A stretch of 64,000 nucleotides of DNA from Octopus sinensis (GCF_006345805.1 NC_043012.1:33418001-33482000); one strand, 5' to 3'; shown: positions 25,806 through 39,905, counted from the first letter of the stretch. The notes: a model not told the origin generated them from the letters alone. A program made the numbers and translations.

Positions 25806-25984
25806 TTAACATGTAAGATATATTGTATCAAACAATACATTGTATCGTTTGGTTCTCTGTTTGAAGAATTTCTTATAGAAAATATCTTACATATTCCCTA
25901 CTACATGTACAGTTTTGTAAGTCCTATTAATATATGAAACATGTGTAATGGTGTATAAATGATATAAAAAATTTCCAATCTCCT

Positions 25985-26015
<31 letters not shown>

Positions 26016-26113
26016 AGTTCAGCAAAATTTAGATTCAGATGAATATGGTACTTAAGTTAAAGGCACCAGAATTTGGTATGCTATTATCCATATAAATCAA
26101 ATGGGGTGATTAT

Positions 26114-26198
26114 AATCAAAATAAGCAACAACGATATCCAAGTAGCATGAAGAGATTGTACTACACTACCTTGGATATCCTTGTTGCTTATTTTGATT
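26114..26198. repeat. Inverted repeat, 29-bp arms (1 mismatch), 27-nt spacer
   Basis: AATCAAAATAAGCAACAACGATATCCAAG (26114-26142) and CTTGGATATCCTTGTTGCTTATTTTGATT (26170-26198). Confidence 0.85.
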
Positions 26199-26214
26199 TT
26201 ATATATATATTATA

Positions 26215-26297
<83 letters not shown>

Positions 26298-27203
26298 TAT
26301 ATATATACGTACATACGTACGTACGTACATGTATATATATATGTATGTGTGTATATACACACATACATATATACGTACATACATACATACATAGATATGT
26401 GTATGTGTGTATTTATGTTAATGTGTTGAAGTCTAAATAATTGTGGTTAAGTATAAATACATCCTGTGTATACTTTCTTTCTTTAGTGTGTGTGTATGTG
26501 TGTGTGAGTGTGTGTGTGTGTGTGTGTGTGCGTGTGTGTGCGTGTGTGTGTGTGTGTGTGTGTGCGTGTGTGTTAAGTGTATTCTATGTTAAGAGGAGGA
26601 GGAAGAGAAGGTGACTGTCTTGGTTCTGGTGCAGGAGAGAAATGGTGAAGAAAAGAACATCTGATGAAAAGAGATGACAGAAATAAAAAAATAAAAAGAA
26701 CAAAACAAGATTATATGAAGGAAAAAAATCGCATCTTTCATTTACGAAAAAAAAAAAAAAAAGAATAAAAAATTAATTCCTGTAAAAATCTAATTTTAAA
26801 AATAAATTCTGCAGAAAAACCATCGACATGGTACTTGGGAAGAAGATGGGAAAATATTCTTGGAAACCAGTTGCGGGTGTCTTATGTGTTGCTTATTGTT
26901 TCTTCAGCTTCTTTTTTTTTTTACCAGGCAATTCTTTGTTTAAAATAAGAATTATTGATAAGAACTGATATCTTCGGGCTTTTTAAAAAAAAAAAAAAAT
27001 TCCTTTGTGTTTACCTTTTGTTTGTTTCAAAATGAATTCTTAATATTTAATGGATAATTTGTGAATCTGTTGTTATTCTTCTTGTAGTTGTTACTTTCGA
27101 TGCTGCTTTCTTTCCATCATGAAACAAAAAAAATGATTGACTCTTCATGGTTTCCATTACTCTCTCTCTCTCTCTCTATCCTTATTTTCTGACTCTGTCT
27201 GTT

Positions 27204-27250
<47 letters not shown>

Positions 27251-27999
27251 TTCTCTCTCATCCTCTCCTTATTTTCTTTGCCTTTCGTTGTTTATTTATT
27301 TACCCTTTTCTTTTCCTCTTCTCACTTTCTATCTCTCACTCATTCTCTTTCTCTCTCCGTCTCCTCCTTCATAATTTCTCTCCCCTTTTTCCTACTATAT
27401 TTTCCTTTCTATTCCTCTACTCTGCTTCTGTCTCTGCCTCTGCCTCTGTCTGTCTCCCTCTCTCTCTCTCTCTCCATGATTATAAATGAACCCTATCCTT
27501 GAGAAGACACTCGCAGAAAACTGAAATAAAATAAACATTTTATCATTTACAATCAATCACGAATAATTAAAAACATTTATTAGCAATCGTAATGCCTTTA
27601 GTTTTCGATGTCGCCGTTGTTGTTGTTGTTGTTGTTGTTGCCGTCGTCCTTGTCATTCTTGTATTTATTTCCAATAACATCAATAAGATTTGCTGCATTA
27701 GTAACACAATACACATATTTTTATATACAAATAACAAATAATTATGTTATGGAGAGAAGGGAAGATAAAAGGAGAGGAGACAATGGCACATTAGAATATG
27801 GCTGTCTTGGATATACAAAAAATGAGTCGTTAAGGATTTGATTAAAGGCCAGGTCAGTCAGTGCTTACCATGGTTACAATACATCGATATCATCAGTGAA
27901 CGATAGAATCCACCAGAGGATCGCATCAAATATGCTGTGACATTTAGTTATATACCCAGTTGCCTTCTTTTCTATATTTCTAGGAGCAAATTCTGTTCC

Positions 28000-28830
28000 T
28001 GATCATAGTCGACTACTGTCCCAGACCCACATTTTCGTTTATTATTTAAGACACCGCACAGTATCCAATATCTTGCTGTTGTTGTTGATTGAAGATATTG
28101 TGTCTACGGGCGGTTTATGCTATCAGTCAAGTCACAAGGACCTCAGGCAAACGATGCTCCACATCTTAAATATTTCAATTTCGAGCTTTCTTCTTTCTGG
28201 CCAATATTTTAGTCAGAATGGACTGCTCTGTCTATCAGTAAGTTTTTTTTTTCCAATCCTGGATTATTGTCTGGGTGATTAGCTTTTATTATTTTTTTTT
28301 GTCAGTTTGAATAGAAATATCCCTGATGATTGTGACCTGGTCGTTGTCATGTACCCTGTTTGGTACATGTTTATATCATCTCTTGTCAGTTTTTATGTTG
28401 TAGTGTTGGCATATTGTCCAGTGGATCTAATTACTCGGTCATATCTATTTATATATTCAAATTTGAAAGGATTGGATAGCCAGAGATGATGTGGTCAACT
28501 GTCTCGTTGTGCTTGTTGCACATACTGAATTTGATATTAGAACCTGCTTTCATTATTTTGCTTTTATGGTCAGGTATTGTGGTCAGGCATTGGTCATGTG
28601 CAGTCCTTCCGGTTCAGCTTTAAGTCCAGAGCTTTTGAGCCATTGTTGACTTTTACTTAGGCTCGCTTCTTTCTATCGGGCCTAGCAGGGCATTTGGCCG
28701 TGGAGTAATTTTTCTCTACATTTCTTCTTTAGTGTGTTTTGTAGTTTTGCTTTCATGCTGATTTGTTTTGCTTTTTTGACGTCCGCCGTCTACTCTCGCT
28801 TGACCGCCTTTCCTTGTCCTGGCCAATGTC
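28000..28830 (-). pseudogene. R4/Dong-clade non-LTR retrotransposon C-terminal fragment (CCHC knuckle and REL endonuclease)
   Basis: Minus translation pieces LKSSGLKAE, MCNKHNETVDHIISG, VHDNDQVTIIRDISIQTDK...KANHPD; many stops. Confidence 0.78.
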
Positions 28831-29259
28831 TGGTTGCACTCCAGCGTAATCAGACGTAAATACCTCACTCTGATCCTTCTTTCTCGTATGGATTATGTGG
28901 GGCTAGCTGTTAGAAGAGGGTATGCAAAAGCCCCGGAAACCTGCTTAGTCGTTTTCAATTGTCTGACAGGTATCGACAGGTTTTTCCCGAATGTGCCACA
29001 TCGGACCACCTTGGTCGTATCTAGATAGAGTATTCTGTTGGCCAAATTGTCTACTTTTTAAAACCATCAGATACACAGTCTTGAAATTTATGATCTACTC
29101 GTCGACCTAGAGAGGCGTCGTAGGCAGGAAACCCAATTACTGAAAGATGAAAATAAAATAGATAAAAACTTAGAAACTTAAAAGAGACGCTTAGGAAAGG
29201 CATCACAACCGATGTACTGGGGGCGAGATTGGCCCTATATTAATTCTTCAGTGCTAAGC

Positions 29260-29960
29260 ACGAAAATGCATTGTCAAAGCTAAGGCTTGTGCTCTAGGAA
29301 ACGAGGGAATGAAATCTGATCGATAAGCCCAACTGACAGAGGCGCAGCGTGGCAGCAAAGCCACCGTTCGGTTTTTGGTGGACCAAAATAAGTGCATGGC
29401 ACTCGAGTCAGAGCATATATATGCGACATTTCGCCCAACTATTTGGGACAAATGGCAGTCCGGAACGCAGGCCACAACTCTCGGCAAGGGTGGCGAAGCG
29501 TTGCAAAATGCCGATAACGGCCGCGGATATACGGGATGCGATGATGGATTGCAGTGGGGTGGCAAATCGCCTGGTTTGGATGGTCTGCCGTACGAGCTTT
29601 ACGTTTATATGCCAGATTTGTTTGGCAGACTTTCAGCGGACATCTGTTGCAAGTGGCAGCAGAACAGGAGAATTCCTAATTCGGTGAGTCAAGGAACAGT
29701 GGCACTGCTGAGAAAGGATCCACACAAGGGGAACGAAATTGAAAATTTTATGCCCATGATGCTGCTGAACGTGGATTTCAAAATTTTGTCCAAGCTGTTG
29801 GCAGAGAGGTTGGCTCTTATCAAGGCATTGATTGGTGATGCGCAAAAAGGAGCCAATCCAAGAAGATCTGTTCACAACCGCTTCCACCTCATGGGATACA
29901 TCATAGAAAGGGTTGGTAAAGGGGCTGGCATAAATGAAGCTGAGCATCGTAAGGGATATT
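29260..29960 (+). pseudogene. Tx1/L1-clade LINE reverse transcriptase N-terminal fragment
   Basis: GKSPGLDGLPYELY...LLRKDPHKGNEIENFMPMMLLNVDFKILSKLLAERL...RSVHNRFHLMGYIIERV. Confidence 0.85.
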
Positions 29961-30591
29961 GAACGAACAAAAAGGCTTTGGACGATGAGTAAGACAGTTG
30001 GTATCGTCCCCACCACCAGACTGCCTTTCTGAGCCTCCACGCTAAATACCAAGTGGTGTACAAGACAGCAATGGGAATGGTAGCAGCTCACTTGTAAGTT
30101 GACACCCAACCATTGTCTGATAGTACAGCTCTTCCGTTTGGCCTCAGTAACTTTCAAGCCGTTAATCTACGTTATCCAACGTTCTGCTGCCGATGTCTTC
30201 ACTTGCACAGAAGGTTAAGGAGTTGCCAGCACTTGCTCAGGGTGCTACCTCGGTCTATGTACCAAAAGGAAAAAGATTGTTCACCCTTTTACGGCCTGTC
30301 ACTTATATGGGTACCGAAACGATAACCATAGTATATACATATAAATACACCACACCTGCATACACTATTCCTCCTCATAACTGTTTCTGGACATAGAAAA
30401 CACCCCGGTACATACATCCACACACCCATCACTTAACTGCACCCTATAAAAGAATTCCCCTTGGTTCCTATCACTTCGCCCTTCCTCCTCTGTCCTTTCT
30501 CCCTCTTCTTTTTTCTTTTAAAATCTGTTGTCAAAAATCAACAGGCTTCTTAGGCCGAAGTTTATCTCGGCTTTTATTCTCTTGTTTAAGG

Positions 30592-30642
<51 letters not shown>

Positions 30643-30934
30643 GGAGAGAAAGAGATAGAGAGAGAAAGAGAAAGAGAGATAGAGAAAGAGAGGGAGAGAA
30701 AGAGATAGAGAGAGAGAGAAAGAGAGGGAGAGAGAGAAAGAGAGGGAGAGAAAGAGATAGAGAAAGAGAGAGATAAAGAGAGAGAGAGAAAGAGAGGGAG
30801 AAAAGAGAGAGGAGAGAGAGAGAGAGAAAGAGATAGAGAGATTATACAACACTGCTGGTTGTCAAAAATCAACAGGCTCCTTAGAGCGAAGTTTATCTCG
30901 GCTTTTCTCTTGTTTAAGAGATAGATAGATAGAT

Positions 30935-31021
<87 letters not shown>

Positions 31022-31489
31022 GATTATACATGACTGCTGGTTGATATGTCAATAAGTGCTGGATGGAAAAATGATTTATGCCGGAATTGGATGCTGTTTG
31101 GCTGTGTGGGTAAGACTTGAAAAGAATTGCGAAGGTGATTTAAAAGGTGTTAGAACAAAGAGAAGTAATAATAATTGGCGATATGCTGTTGGTCAGAAAT
31201 ATCGAACCGATTGTTGAGATTGAAGGAATGGACATTACAATGATAATGATGGTCATGTGATTGTAATCATGATGTATGTACTTCAGCCTGTGACCTCCCT
31301 TGAAGACCAGTTGATTTTGCGGGTTGTTGCAAGGCGAGGAGAGGCCAGGACAATCTGTCAAGCGTATCCCATCGGGGGACTCGTAAATAGGCTGCAAGTG
31401 TTTATGATAAAGACAAATCGATCGATGCTGCAACCGTACACTCGTTCAACTCCATTCCAACAGAGGAAGAATGGACGCTAAACCGACGA

Positions 31490-31512
31490 TGCGATGATGA
31501 TGATGATGATGT

Positions 31513-31543
<31 letters not shown>

Positions 31544-31577
31544 ACGGTGATGATGACGATGATGATACGATGATGAC

Positions 31578-31608
<31 letters not shown>

Positions 31609-32000
31609 CTGATGCTGATGATGCTGATGCTGATGATGCTGATGATGATGATGATGATGCTGCTGCTGCTGCTGATGATGATGATGATGAGGAGGAGGAG
31701 GATGAGGATGAGGAGGACGACGACGACGATGACGACGACGACGACGATGATGATGACGATGATGATGATGGCGATGGCGATGATGATGATGATGATGATG
31801 ATACGATGTTGATGATGAGGACGGAGATGACGATAATGATGATGATGAATACGATGACGACGACGACGACGGCGATGATGCTTATAACAACGTCGACGAC
31901 GATGATGACGACGACTACGACGACGATGATGATGAAGATGATGATGATGATGATGGTGGTGGTCGTGGTGGTGGTGGTTGTGTCTGTGGTGTTGGCGATG
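31490..32000. repeat. (GAT/GAC)n trinucleotide tract
   Basis: Directly visible; yields poly-Met/His/Ile ORFs. Confidence 0.93.
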
Positions 32001-32649
32001 ATTGTGGTGATGTGTTTCTCTGCACATGGATGTAGGTGTTCTCACCTGCAACTTAGACAAGGTGAGAGACATTCAGGTGTTAACATCACACTGACAAGAG
32101 TGTTAAACAATTCTACTTTGTTTCTTAATTTTTCTTCTGCGAGTTATGGGAAATTTTATTAATCTCCAAATATCAAGACGTTTGCGCGTGTTTATGCATA
32201 TAACGGTATCATGTTGGGTATGTGTTTCTTTCTCCCCACCCTTCTCTCTCTCTCTAAGCACGTATGTTCATCTTAGCCACCTGCAGAAGTCGATGTTTGA
32301 GATGATAAATGGAACTTGCCTAACAGATATCATGTTTAACGTCTTGACTAACGTTCCGCTCAACCATTGAGTAATCTTGTACGTAGTCGCCTCATTTACT
32401 AGAAATAGCAATCATCTCCCTCCCTTCGAAATCACAACACAGTCTTAAAACGGCGAAAGATATATTTGTATAATGTAGACCTACAAACATTACTATGGAC
32501 ATGCGGGTAGTTTGAAAATACCTCACAGAGTGAAAATGCGGTGTGGCAGCTGCTTGCTATCTCGAAAGAGGAGTTCCAGGAATGCTTCCATCAATAGAAA
32601 CGACGCTGTATAAAGTGTGCGACTTCACAATGGGTCTGCTACAAACGGG

Positions 32650-32723
<74 letters not shown>

Positions 32724-32776
32724 CATCCATCCATCCATCCATCCATCCATCCATCCATCCATCCATCCATCCATCC

Positions 32777-32833
<57 letters not shown>

Positions 32834-33264
32834 CCTATCTATCTATCTATCTATGAATGGTATAAGATATGTATTCACAGAATCGTGCAGCTATCACATT
32901 AAGCTCCTTTTAGGGATTCGAATATCAGTCCACATGGCATCAGGTCATTAAGGGTCTTTTTGTTTTTCATGTCAAGTCCCCAGCTACTTTCCTCTCAGTC
33001 AATTGGTCTACATTTTTTCTTATTTTATTCTTTTAATAAATATATTTTACGAATGCTTCTTGGGGAGAGATTTGTATCAAGTCTTACTTGATTCCATCGT
33101 TCAACTTCATTAGCTATCTTGATCATGCTGTTGGTTCCTTGGTCACAGACGAGGGCAAGAGAGTTATTGGTTTCTTTCTTCTGCTGCAGATCTTGTTTCA
33201 GTGTCACAGTACGTGCTTCACGTGACATCAATACAGATTTGAGGCCACGACCACCATCCTTCCA

Positions 33265-33272
33265 TGGGAAAG

Positions 33273-33304
<32 letters not shown>

Positions 33305-33658
33305 TGTATGTATGTATGTATGTATGTATGTATGTATGTATGTATGTATGCATGTATGTATGTATTTATGTATTTATGTATGTATGTATTTATGTATTTA
33401 TGTATGTATGTATTTATGTATGTATGTATTTATGTATATATGTATATGTGTATGCGTGTGCGTGCGTGCACCCATGTATGTATGTATGTATGTATGTATG
33501 TATGTATGTATGTATGTATGTATGTATGTTTGTATGTATGTATGTATGTATTTATGTATGTATGTATTTATGTATGTATGTATGTATTTATGTATGTATG
33601 CATGCATGTATGTATGCATGTATGTATGTATGTATGTATGTATGTATGTATGTATGTA

Positions 33659-33695
<37 letters not shown>

Positions 33696-33710
33696 ATGTA
33701 TGTATGTATG
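33265..33710. repeat. (TATG)n microsatellite
   Basis: Directly visible. Confidence 0.95.
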
Positions 33711-34118
33711 TGTTTCATCTATTTCAAATCTATTATTGTTTATACTTGGCTAATATGTATATTGAGAAGCGGCGAATGATCTGAACAAAATATATCACGA
33801 AACGAATATTAATTGAAAAAGTGTATAATATATTGTGCCTTGAAACAACGGATTTAACTAATGTACGTGGGAGAGAGGAAGTTTATGCAACGAAAAGCAA
33901 CATTAAAGGAAATTAAAAAAAAAAGCAGAAAAAATAGCTTGAGTGTTAAGAAGAACAATATACAAACACGAAAAAAGACATCAACACTTCCGTTGCTCTG
34001 GTTTCCAAAATCTTAGAACAAATATCAGAAAGTTTGTGTGGGTGTATGTTTATACGTTTAAGAGATTACACACACACACATAAACACAGAAGCATTAGCA
34101 TATATGCATATATATATA

Positions 34119-34168
<50 letters not shown>

Positions 34169-34381
34169 TTGTGTGTATGTGTGATTATACAAACACAATG
34201 TATTACTTACTTTTCAAGTTTTTTAATTGGAATGATAAATAAACAATTTGAAACAAGGCAAAAGAAATTCATAGAAAATATATATTAAGTCATATAAATC
34301 TGTACGCTCGGGTATATGTACGTAGGAATTGTGCATATGTATACATATACATATATGCATACACTCACACACACACACACG

Positions 34382-34417
<36 letters not shown>

Positions 34418-34508
34418 ACATATATATAGATAGATATAGATATATATACATGTATATACATACACACATATATTTATATATACAAATATAGATATACATA
34501 CACGTATT

Positions 34509-34546
<38 letters not shown>

Positions 34547-34552
<6 letters not shown>

Positions 34553-35384
34553 CAATAATAATAAAGGGTAAAATTAATTAATTAATTAGTAATTAATAAT
34601 TCCACCAGGTAGTATTCGGCATGTTAAAAGGGCCATTTTCGGTAAACTTAAACAAAACTTTTTTATAATTATGAGTAGAATTATAATTAGGGTTCGGCAA
34701 AAAAAAAATTTGCTTCTCCACACACCGAACTTTAGAAATAGCAGCCAAAGAACTTAGCTATTTATTCTACTACAAGAAGATACTCCCGGACAACATATAC
34801 TCAAAACAATTCACGTAGGCAGAGAGAAAAAACAACGAAATTCACTCAGTATCTGATTATCAGTGGACGCATTTCGGAATTAGATCGATATGAAAAATGC
34901 AAAAATCACACTTTCATTCGATCATTTTCCTCCTCAGCACAGCATTTCAAGATTTTAGATTTGAGAACACTGAAAACATTGAACATACCTATCTGATTCA
35001 AGTAAAATCAGACAAACTATATTCAATAACCAGTACCAACGAATTCAAAATATACGAATGAGGTCTCACATCTTCCCTCACCCATCCATGTGTGTTGTCG
35101 AGTGAAAAAAAAATTCTACAGGAAAAGCTGTAGTTTATTATTAGGGAGAGAATTATATTATCAATAATAATAAAGAGTAAAATTAATTAATTCATTAATT
35201 AGTAATTAATAATTCCACCAAGTAGTATTCGCATGTTAAAAGGACCATTTTCGGTAAACTTAATATTTTTTATAGTTATGAGTATAATTATAATTAGGGT
35301 TCAGCAAAAAAAAAATGTGCTTCACATACCGAACTTTAGAAATAGCAGCCAAAGACCTTAGCTATTTATTCTACTACAAGAAGA
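34547..35384 (+). mobile_element. PLE 3' fragment: GIY-YIG C-terminal remnant between ~230-bp direct repeats
   Basis: Direct repeats at 34547-34780 and 35156-35384; between them THFGIR...KSHF.SI...QHFKILD...LRTL can be read across frameshifts. Confidence 0.55.
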
Positions 35385-35399
35385 AACTCCTATATGTAA

Positions 35400-35690
35400 C
35401 TCATGAGTTCTTCACAGACTTTCTCGGGAACTTGATCATATCAGCGGTGCCGCGGCCTGATCTGAAGCTACACTGTGTTTCTGGATATATGTCAAGCTTG
35501 CTTATCCTGTTCAGAATTACTCTTGCCAAAACTTTCTCTGCAATTCACAAGAGAGAAATTGCCGCGTGCATTATCGCAGACAGTTTTTCTTCCTGTTTTC
35601 GAAGAATGACAATAAGCATGCTTAATGAATGCATGCTTATTGCTTTCGAAGAAAACATTGATATTATTCCGGGGGGAATAAAATGATGTA
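35400..35690 (-). pseudogene. RTE-clade RT fragment
   Basis: Minus translation AISLL*IAEKVLARVILNRISKLDIYPETQCSFRSGRGTADMI. Confidence 0.8.
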
Positions 35691-35859
35691 AAACAATGCA
35701 ATCAATTCGTCAGGGAAAAGAGAGAAACAAAACACATCAATAAGCTATTTTAACCGAATGTGATTATCGCGTATATGATGAAGGGGAACTGTTAATAGAT
35801 TTAACGTCAAAGGCAATTTAGAGAAAGAAAAGGAGGAGAAAGAAAAACATTAGCAGAAA

Positions 35860-36110
35860 ATAAAGACCTATGACTTATTTGTCCTTCTAGCTCTGATATC
35901 AGTGTACTTAGCAAAAATATTCTAGATAAATATATTCCTAATTTAGCTAAAAAAAATTAAAGCTTAATTTATGGTCTAATTCGTTCCAAGTGATCGACTG
36001 CTCTAATTCTATTAATAACAAGAAGTACACTAAGTTTATCCAGTTCCACATTTCTAGTTACAATTCCTCTATTAACCCAATTGTACACAACAAAGCACTC
36101 TGGTTCGCAC
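35860..36110 (+). pseudogene. Penelope-like RT fragment
   Basis: LICPSSSDISVLSKNILDK...VIDCSNSINNKKYTKFIQFHISSYNSSI...NKALWFA resembles the PLE RLINP.KSEIG.ISK.ILD...F.QFDI..FYPSI...KAL.FA motif. Confidence 0.65.
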
Positions 36111-36439
36111 ACAACAAAGCAGGTCCTTCCAGGGATGAAATTAACGCAGTGTTAGCTGCCAAAAAAATCAACTTATTAAATCTGAAAACAAACTATGGGT
36201 CCGTAGAGATACGTCTGACAGTTTTGATGTCACGATGGGAAGTTCTGACTCAGCACAATTGGCTGATTTAGCCGGTATATATATATCCTTTATAAGGTAG
36301 CTGACCAATTTCCAAACATCAATGGAGGCTTATATCATAACGATTATCTTCTTTACCTGCAAAATACAGACACACAAATGTATACACACACATGCATCGT
36401 CCCTCAAAGCATATGTAATCTGGTTGACTGACCAAGCAG

Positions 36440-38395
36440 TTCTCGTTGGTCTTCCCAAGAAGAAGAAACACAAGCCCTGGGTGACGAAGAAGGTTAAACG
36501 AGAACTTCGACTCAGAGATATTGCTTGGGCTGAATTCAAAAATCTAGATTCAACTGCAGCTTTTGAGGTGTACAAAATTCAACGAGACCGAGCCGTGAAA
36601 TTGAAAAGGAAAAACGCTTCAGATATGAATACAGAATCGCGGAAAACGCCAGTCGCAATCCAAAACCTTCTTTGCCCATGTCCAACGGAATTCCCGCTTG
36701 AACAACCAAATTGCAACGTTGGTAGACTCAACAGGCGTATCGATTGAGGACCCTTATCAACAGAGTCAGTTATTTGCCGAGGCTTTTTCAACTATTTTCA
36801 AACAAGATGATGGTCGTGAACCCCCTCCATTTGATAGATCGGTACATCCAATGCTTAGATTGGTCATCATGCGGGACAAAGTCGAAGGCGTTATTCAAGG
36901 CCTCGATGTCAACAAGGGTCACGGCCCTGACGGCACACACCCACGGGTTATCAAAGCGTTGACTCCGGTCATCTGCGAGTCTTTAACACGTCTATTCAAT
37001 ATGTCATTGGCGACGGGTATTATACCTGCGGACTGGAGAACAGCAATGATCTGCCCAATTTTCAAGAAAGGGAGCCGCGAAGATCCGCTTAACTACCGAC
37101 CGGTTTCCCTGACTTCAATAATCAGCAAGATGTTCGAAACCATCCTTAAGAAAAGTATGATGCTCCACCTCCAAAACACAGCCTCTATCTCTGATTCCCA
37201 ACACAGCTTCGTGCCGAAGAGATCATGCTTGACCAACTTACTGGTAATGGAAGAATTGGTGACGCGCATCCTCGATGATGGTGATGCTGTTGACATCGTT
37301 TTATTGGACTTTGCCAAAGTTTTTGACTCGGTAAACCACCGCCTATTACTTGTCAAGCTTCAAGCATATAGCTTCCATCCGGATATTGTACAATGGGTTG
37401 GTGCCTTCCTCTCAGATCGCTCCTTCCAAGTCCAAGTTAATGGTTCGCTGTCCGACGCCTCCAGTTCAAGCAGTTACTGTTTTTAGTCTTCATAAATGAC
37501 TTACCCGACGACCTCACGCAACACACCCTTCTATTTGCCGATGATGTTAAACTGGTCGCTCCTCGCGGTGATATAGAGGGTCTTCGTCGATGCCTCCACC
37601 AAATTTGGAGATGGTCTAACGAATGGGACCTGTGTCTGAACGTGTCAAAGTGCTGTCATCTGCCTGTTGGTTCTTCTCCTGCAACTCAACTTGATTTCGA
37701 GCCGGGTCGTCTGCTGCTGGAGAGGACCGACCAGGTAAAGGACCTGGGTATCTTGGTGGATTCTTCCTTTTCGCCTTCGCCCAGTGCGTCCATGCAGCCA
37801 ACAAAGCACGCGGAGTTCTGTTCTTGATTCGACCGTCATTCGGAATGCTCACAGCTGCCATATTCCTACCGCTCTATGTCGCGCTGGTCAGACCCATATT
37901 GGAGTACGGGATTCAAGCCTCTTCTCCTTATCTCCTCAAAGACATACAGCATCTCGAAAGAGTCCGGCTCTTGGTCTCAAGCATTTTTCTTATGAAGAAA
38001 GGCTGAAGACGCTCGACCTTTATTCTCTAGAAAAACGACGACGCCGTGGTGATCTCATTCTTGCTCACAACATCATAAGCGGAAAGTGTAACCTCTCGAA
38101 AGAGCTGTTCTTCACTCCTGCACCAGAACGTCGGCTGCGGGGTCACTCCGAAAAGCTCTATCTGCGACGATTTCATCTCAATCGAAGGAGAGGGGCTTTC
38201 TCCGTCCGGGTTGCGGATCCGTGGTATAAGCTGCCGGACGAGATAGTAAAGATGCCGACGACCGCTCGGTTCAAAGTCTCCCTTGACCACAAGTGGCCTG
38301 AACTCTTTACATGAACACCATCCTGTACATAACTCCATGTGCCCCTACATGGCCTTGCTTTTTGCTTTTTGAGCCAAATAATTAACTAACTAACA
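36440..38395 (+). mobile_element. 5'-truncated CR1-clade LINE (RT to 3' UTR, degraded)
   Basis: KGHGPDG, WRTAMICPIFKKG, NYRPVSLTS, SQHSFVPKRSCLTNL, DFAKVFDSVNH, LFADD, KDLG, SYEERLKTLDLYSLEKRRRRGDLI, RLRGH, FSVRVADPW; (TAAC)n tail; PQGS region deleted. Confidence 0.93.
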
Positions 38396-38404
38396 TATAT
38401 ATAT

Positions 38405-38545
38405 ATACGATGGGTTTCTTTCAGCTTCCGTCTACCAAATCTACTCACAAGGCTTTAGTCGGCCCGTGGCTATAGTAGAAGACACTTGGCCAAGGTGCCA
38501 CGCAGTGGGACTGAACCCGGAACCATGTGGTTGGTAAGCAAGCAT
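38405..38545 (-). mobile_element. SINE family B, 5' part
   Basis: Revcomp of the family B head and body. Confidence 0.85.
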
Positions 38546-39018
38546 AAGTGTGTGTTGCGCGCGCGCGTTTGTGTGGGTGTATAAGAACAGAAATGGCCGA
38601 AAATATGTAGTGTGTGTAGGTGGGTGTATGCGTGTGTGTGCTTGGGAGATGAAGTGTGCATGTGTGTGTGCATGTGGTACGTATGTGTATGTTCATGTGT
38701 GTTCGTGTGTATGTGTATGAACATGCTGCTCCTGTAAGTGCGAGAGTGTTTTAAGGGCTGTGTGCGTGTAAATTGTGCGCATGTGTCTATGAATCAATGA
38801 GCTAATACAATGTGTATAGTATGTGTACGTTGGGGTAGAGGATTTTGCGGGCAGGTCTTGGCGAACGATGTAAAACTGTAGTTTAGGTAAATTGAAAGTA
38901 GGAATTTAAGCCAAAGAAGGTGAAAGTCCATAGAGGGGAGACAAACTCTGAAAGCAAGAGGTGAGAGAGTTGTTGAATGGAATGGTCTGTAGAGTGGGAT
39001 TGTCAAATCACTTATAAC

Positions 39019-39288
39019 TAAGATTGGTTTTCAGCCAATTAGACAGATTTGCTCAAAGGGGTCCCTGCGCCAAGAGAGGACTCAGCGCACATGCTCAAAC
39101 GGAGGACGCTATGATGAATTTTTAATATATCATTGTGGCTACTGGTCGAACCGAACCCCCTCGATGCTTTTTGGCTGGGACTGGCGTCCTATACGAAGCA
39201 TAAAGTATCAATCTTCAGCTTTTGTAAAGTAGAATTCTCCACTAGCAATTCTCTAATTGGGCCCTGCACCGCGCTAGCGCTGGCCCTG
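39019..39288. mobile_element. hAT-type MITE, second diverged copy
   Basis: Colinear homology to 3716-3983; right end GCGCTGGCCCTG. Confidence 0.65.
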
Positions 39289-39708
39289 CTTGTTATTCGT
39301 TGAGATGCGTCGGACAGTCGACGAGAATAATAAACAAGGCATATAAGAATATGGGGCTGCGCTAGAAAACTATTTACAGTGAATAAGATAACAGAATGTA
39401 CAACGATGCAAACGTAATCATATATAAAAAAGTCACAAATATTTAGAATATTGAATAAAATGTGTATAAACACAAATACAGACACATTAAATGGGAAATG
39501 TATTCACATGCCACAGATGGAGAAATAAGCAGATATATAAAATAAGTGGAAGGTGTATATAGAGGTAGATTATTTATGAGATTTATTTGTATGATGCATT
39601 CAACTGTTATTATAGAGAAGGGACAATAGGGAAGAGAAAATGGGGGTGGGTAGAGTAACTTGCAGCCTGAATTGATTGAAATAATTGTGTATTATAATAA
39701 AAGCAATT

Positions 39709-39905
39709 GGCGTAACTTCGGTATATGTACCGGAAGTACCAGATACATTTCAAGGAAGTGTTTTTTTATATATATATGGGGGGGGGGGGAGCTAGGGTTT
39801 GTGTTAGGGTTAGGGTTAGGGGTGGGAGAAAAGGGTTTCTGTTATCTTCAGAAATGTAAACAAAGCCACTTCCGGTACTTACGGTACTTATACCGAAGGA
39901 TCGCC
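39709..39905. mobile_element. GG-terminal MITE (Merlin/MULE-like), 9-bp TSD, internal (TTAGGG)n
   Basis: TIRs GGCGTAACTTCGGTATA and revcomp GGCGATCCTTCGGTATA; TSD AAAGCAATT at 39700-39708 and 39906-39914. Confidence 0.85.

Noticed and set aside
27860-27905. Hammerhead-like CTGATGA...GTAACCATGGTA on the minus strand
   Set aside because: No stem I pairing, weak stem II and a GUAA lesion; lies in a LINE 3' UTR-like region.
31446-32162. Poly-His/Met/Thr ORFs (also 41498-41848, 13499-13945, 10230-10781)
   Set aside because: Trinucleotide repeats open in several frames on both strands; no splice or domain evidence.
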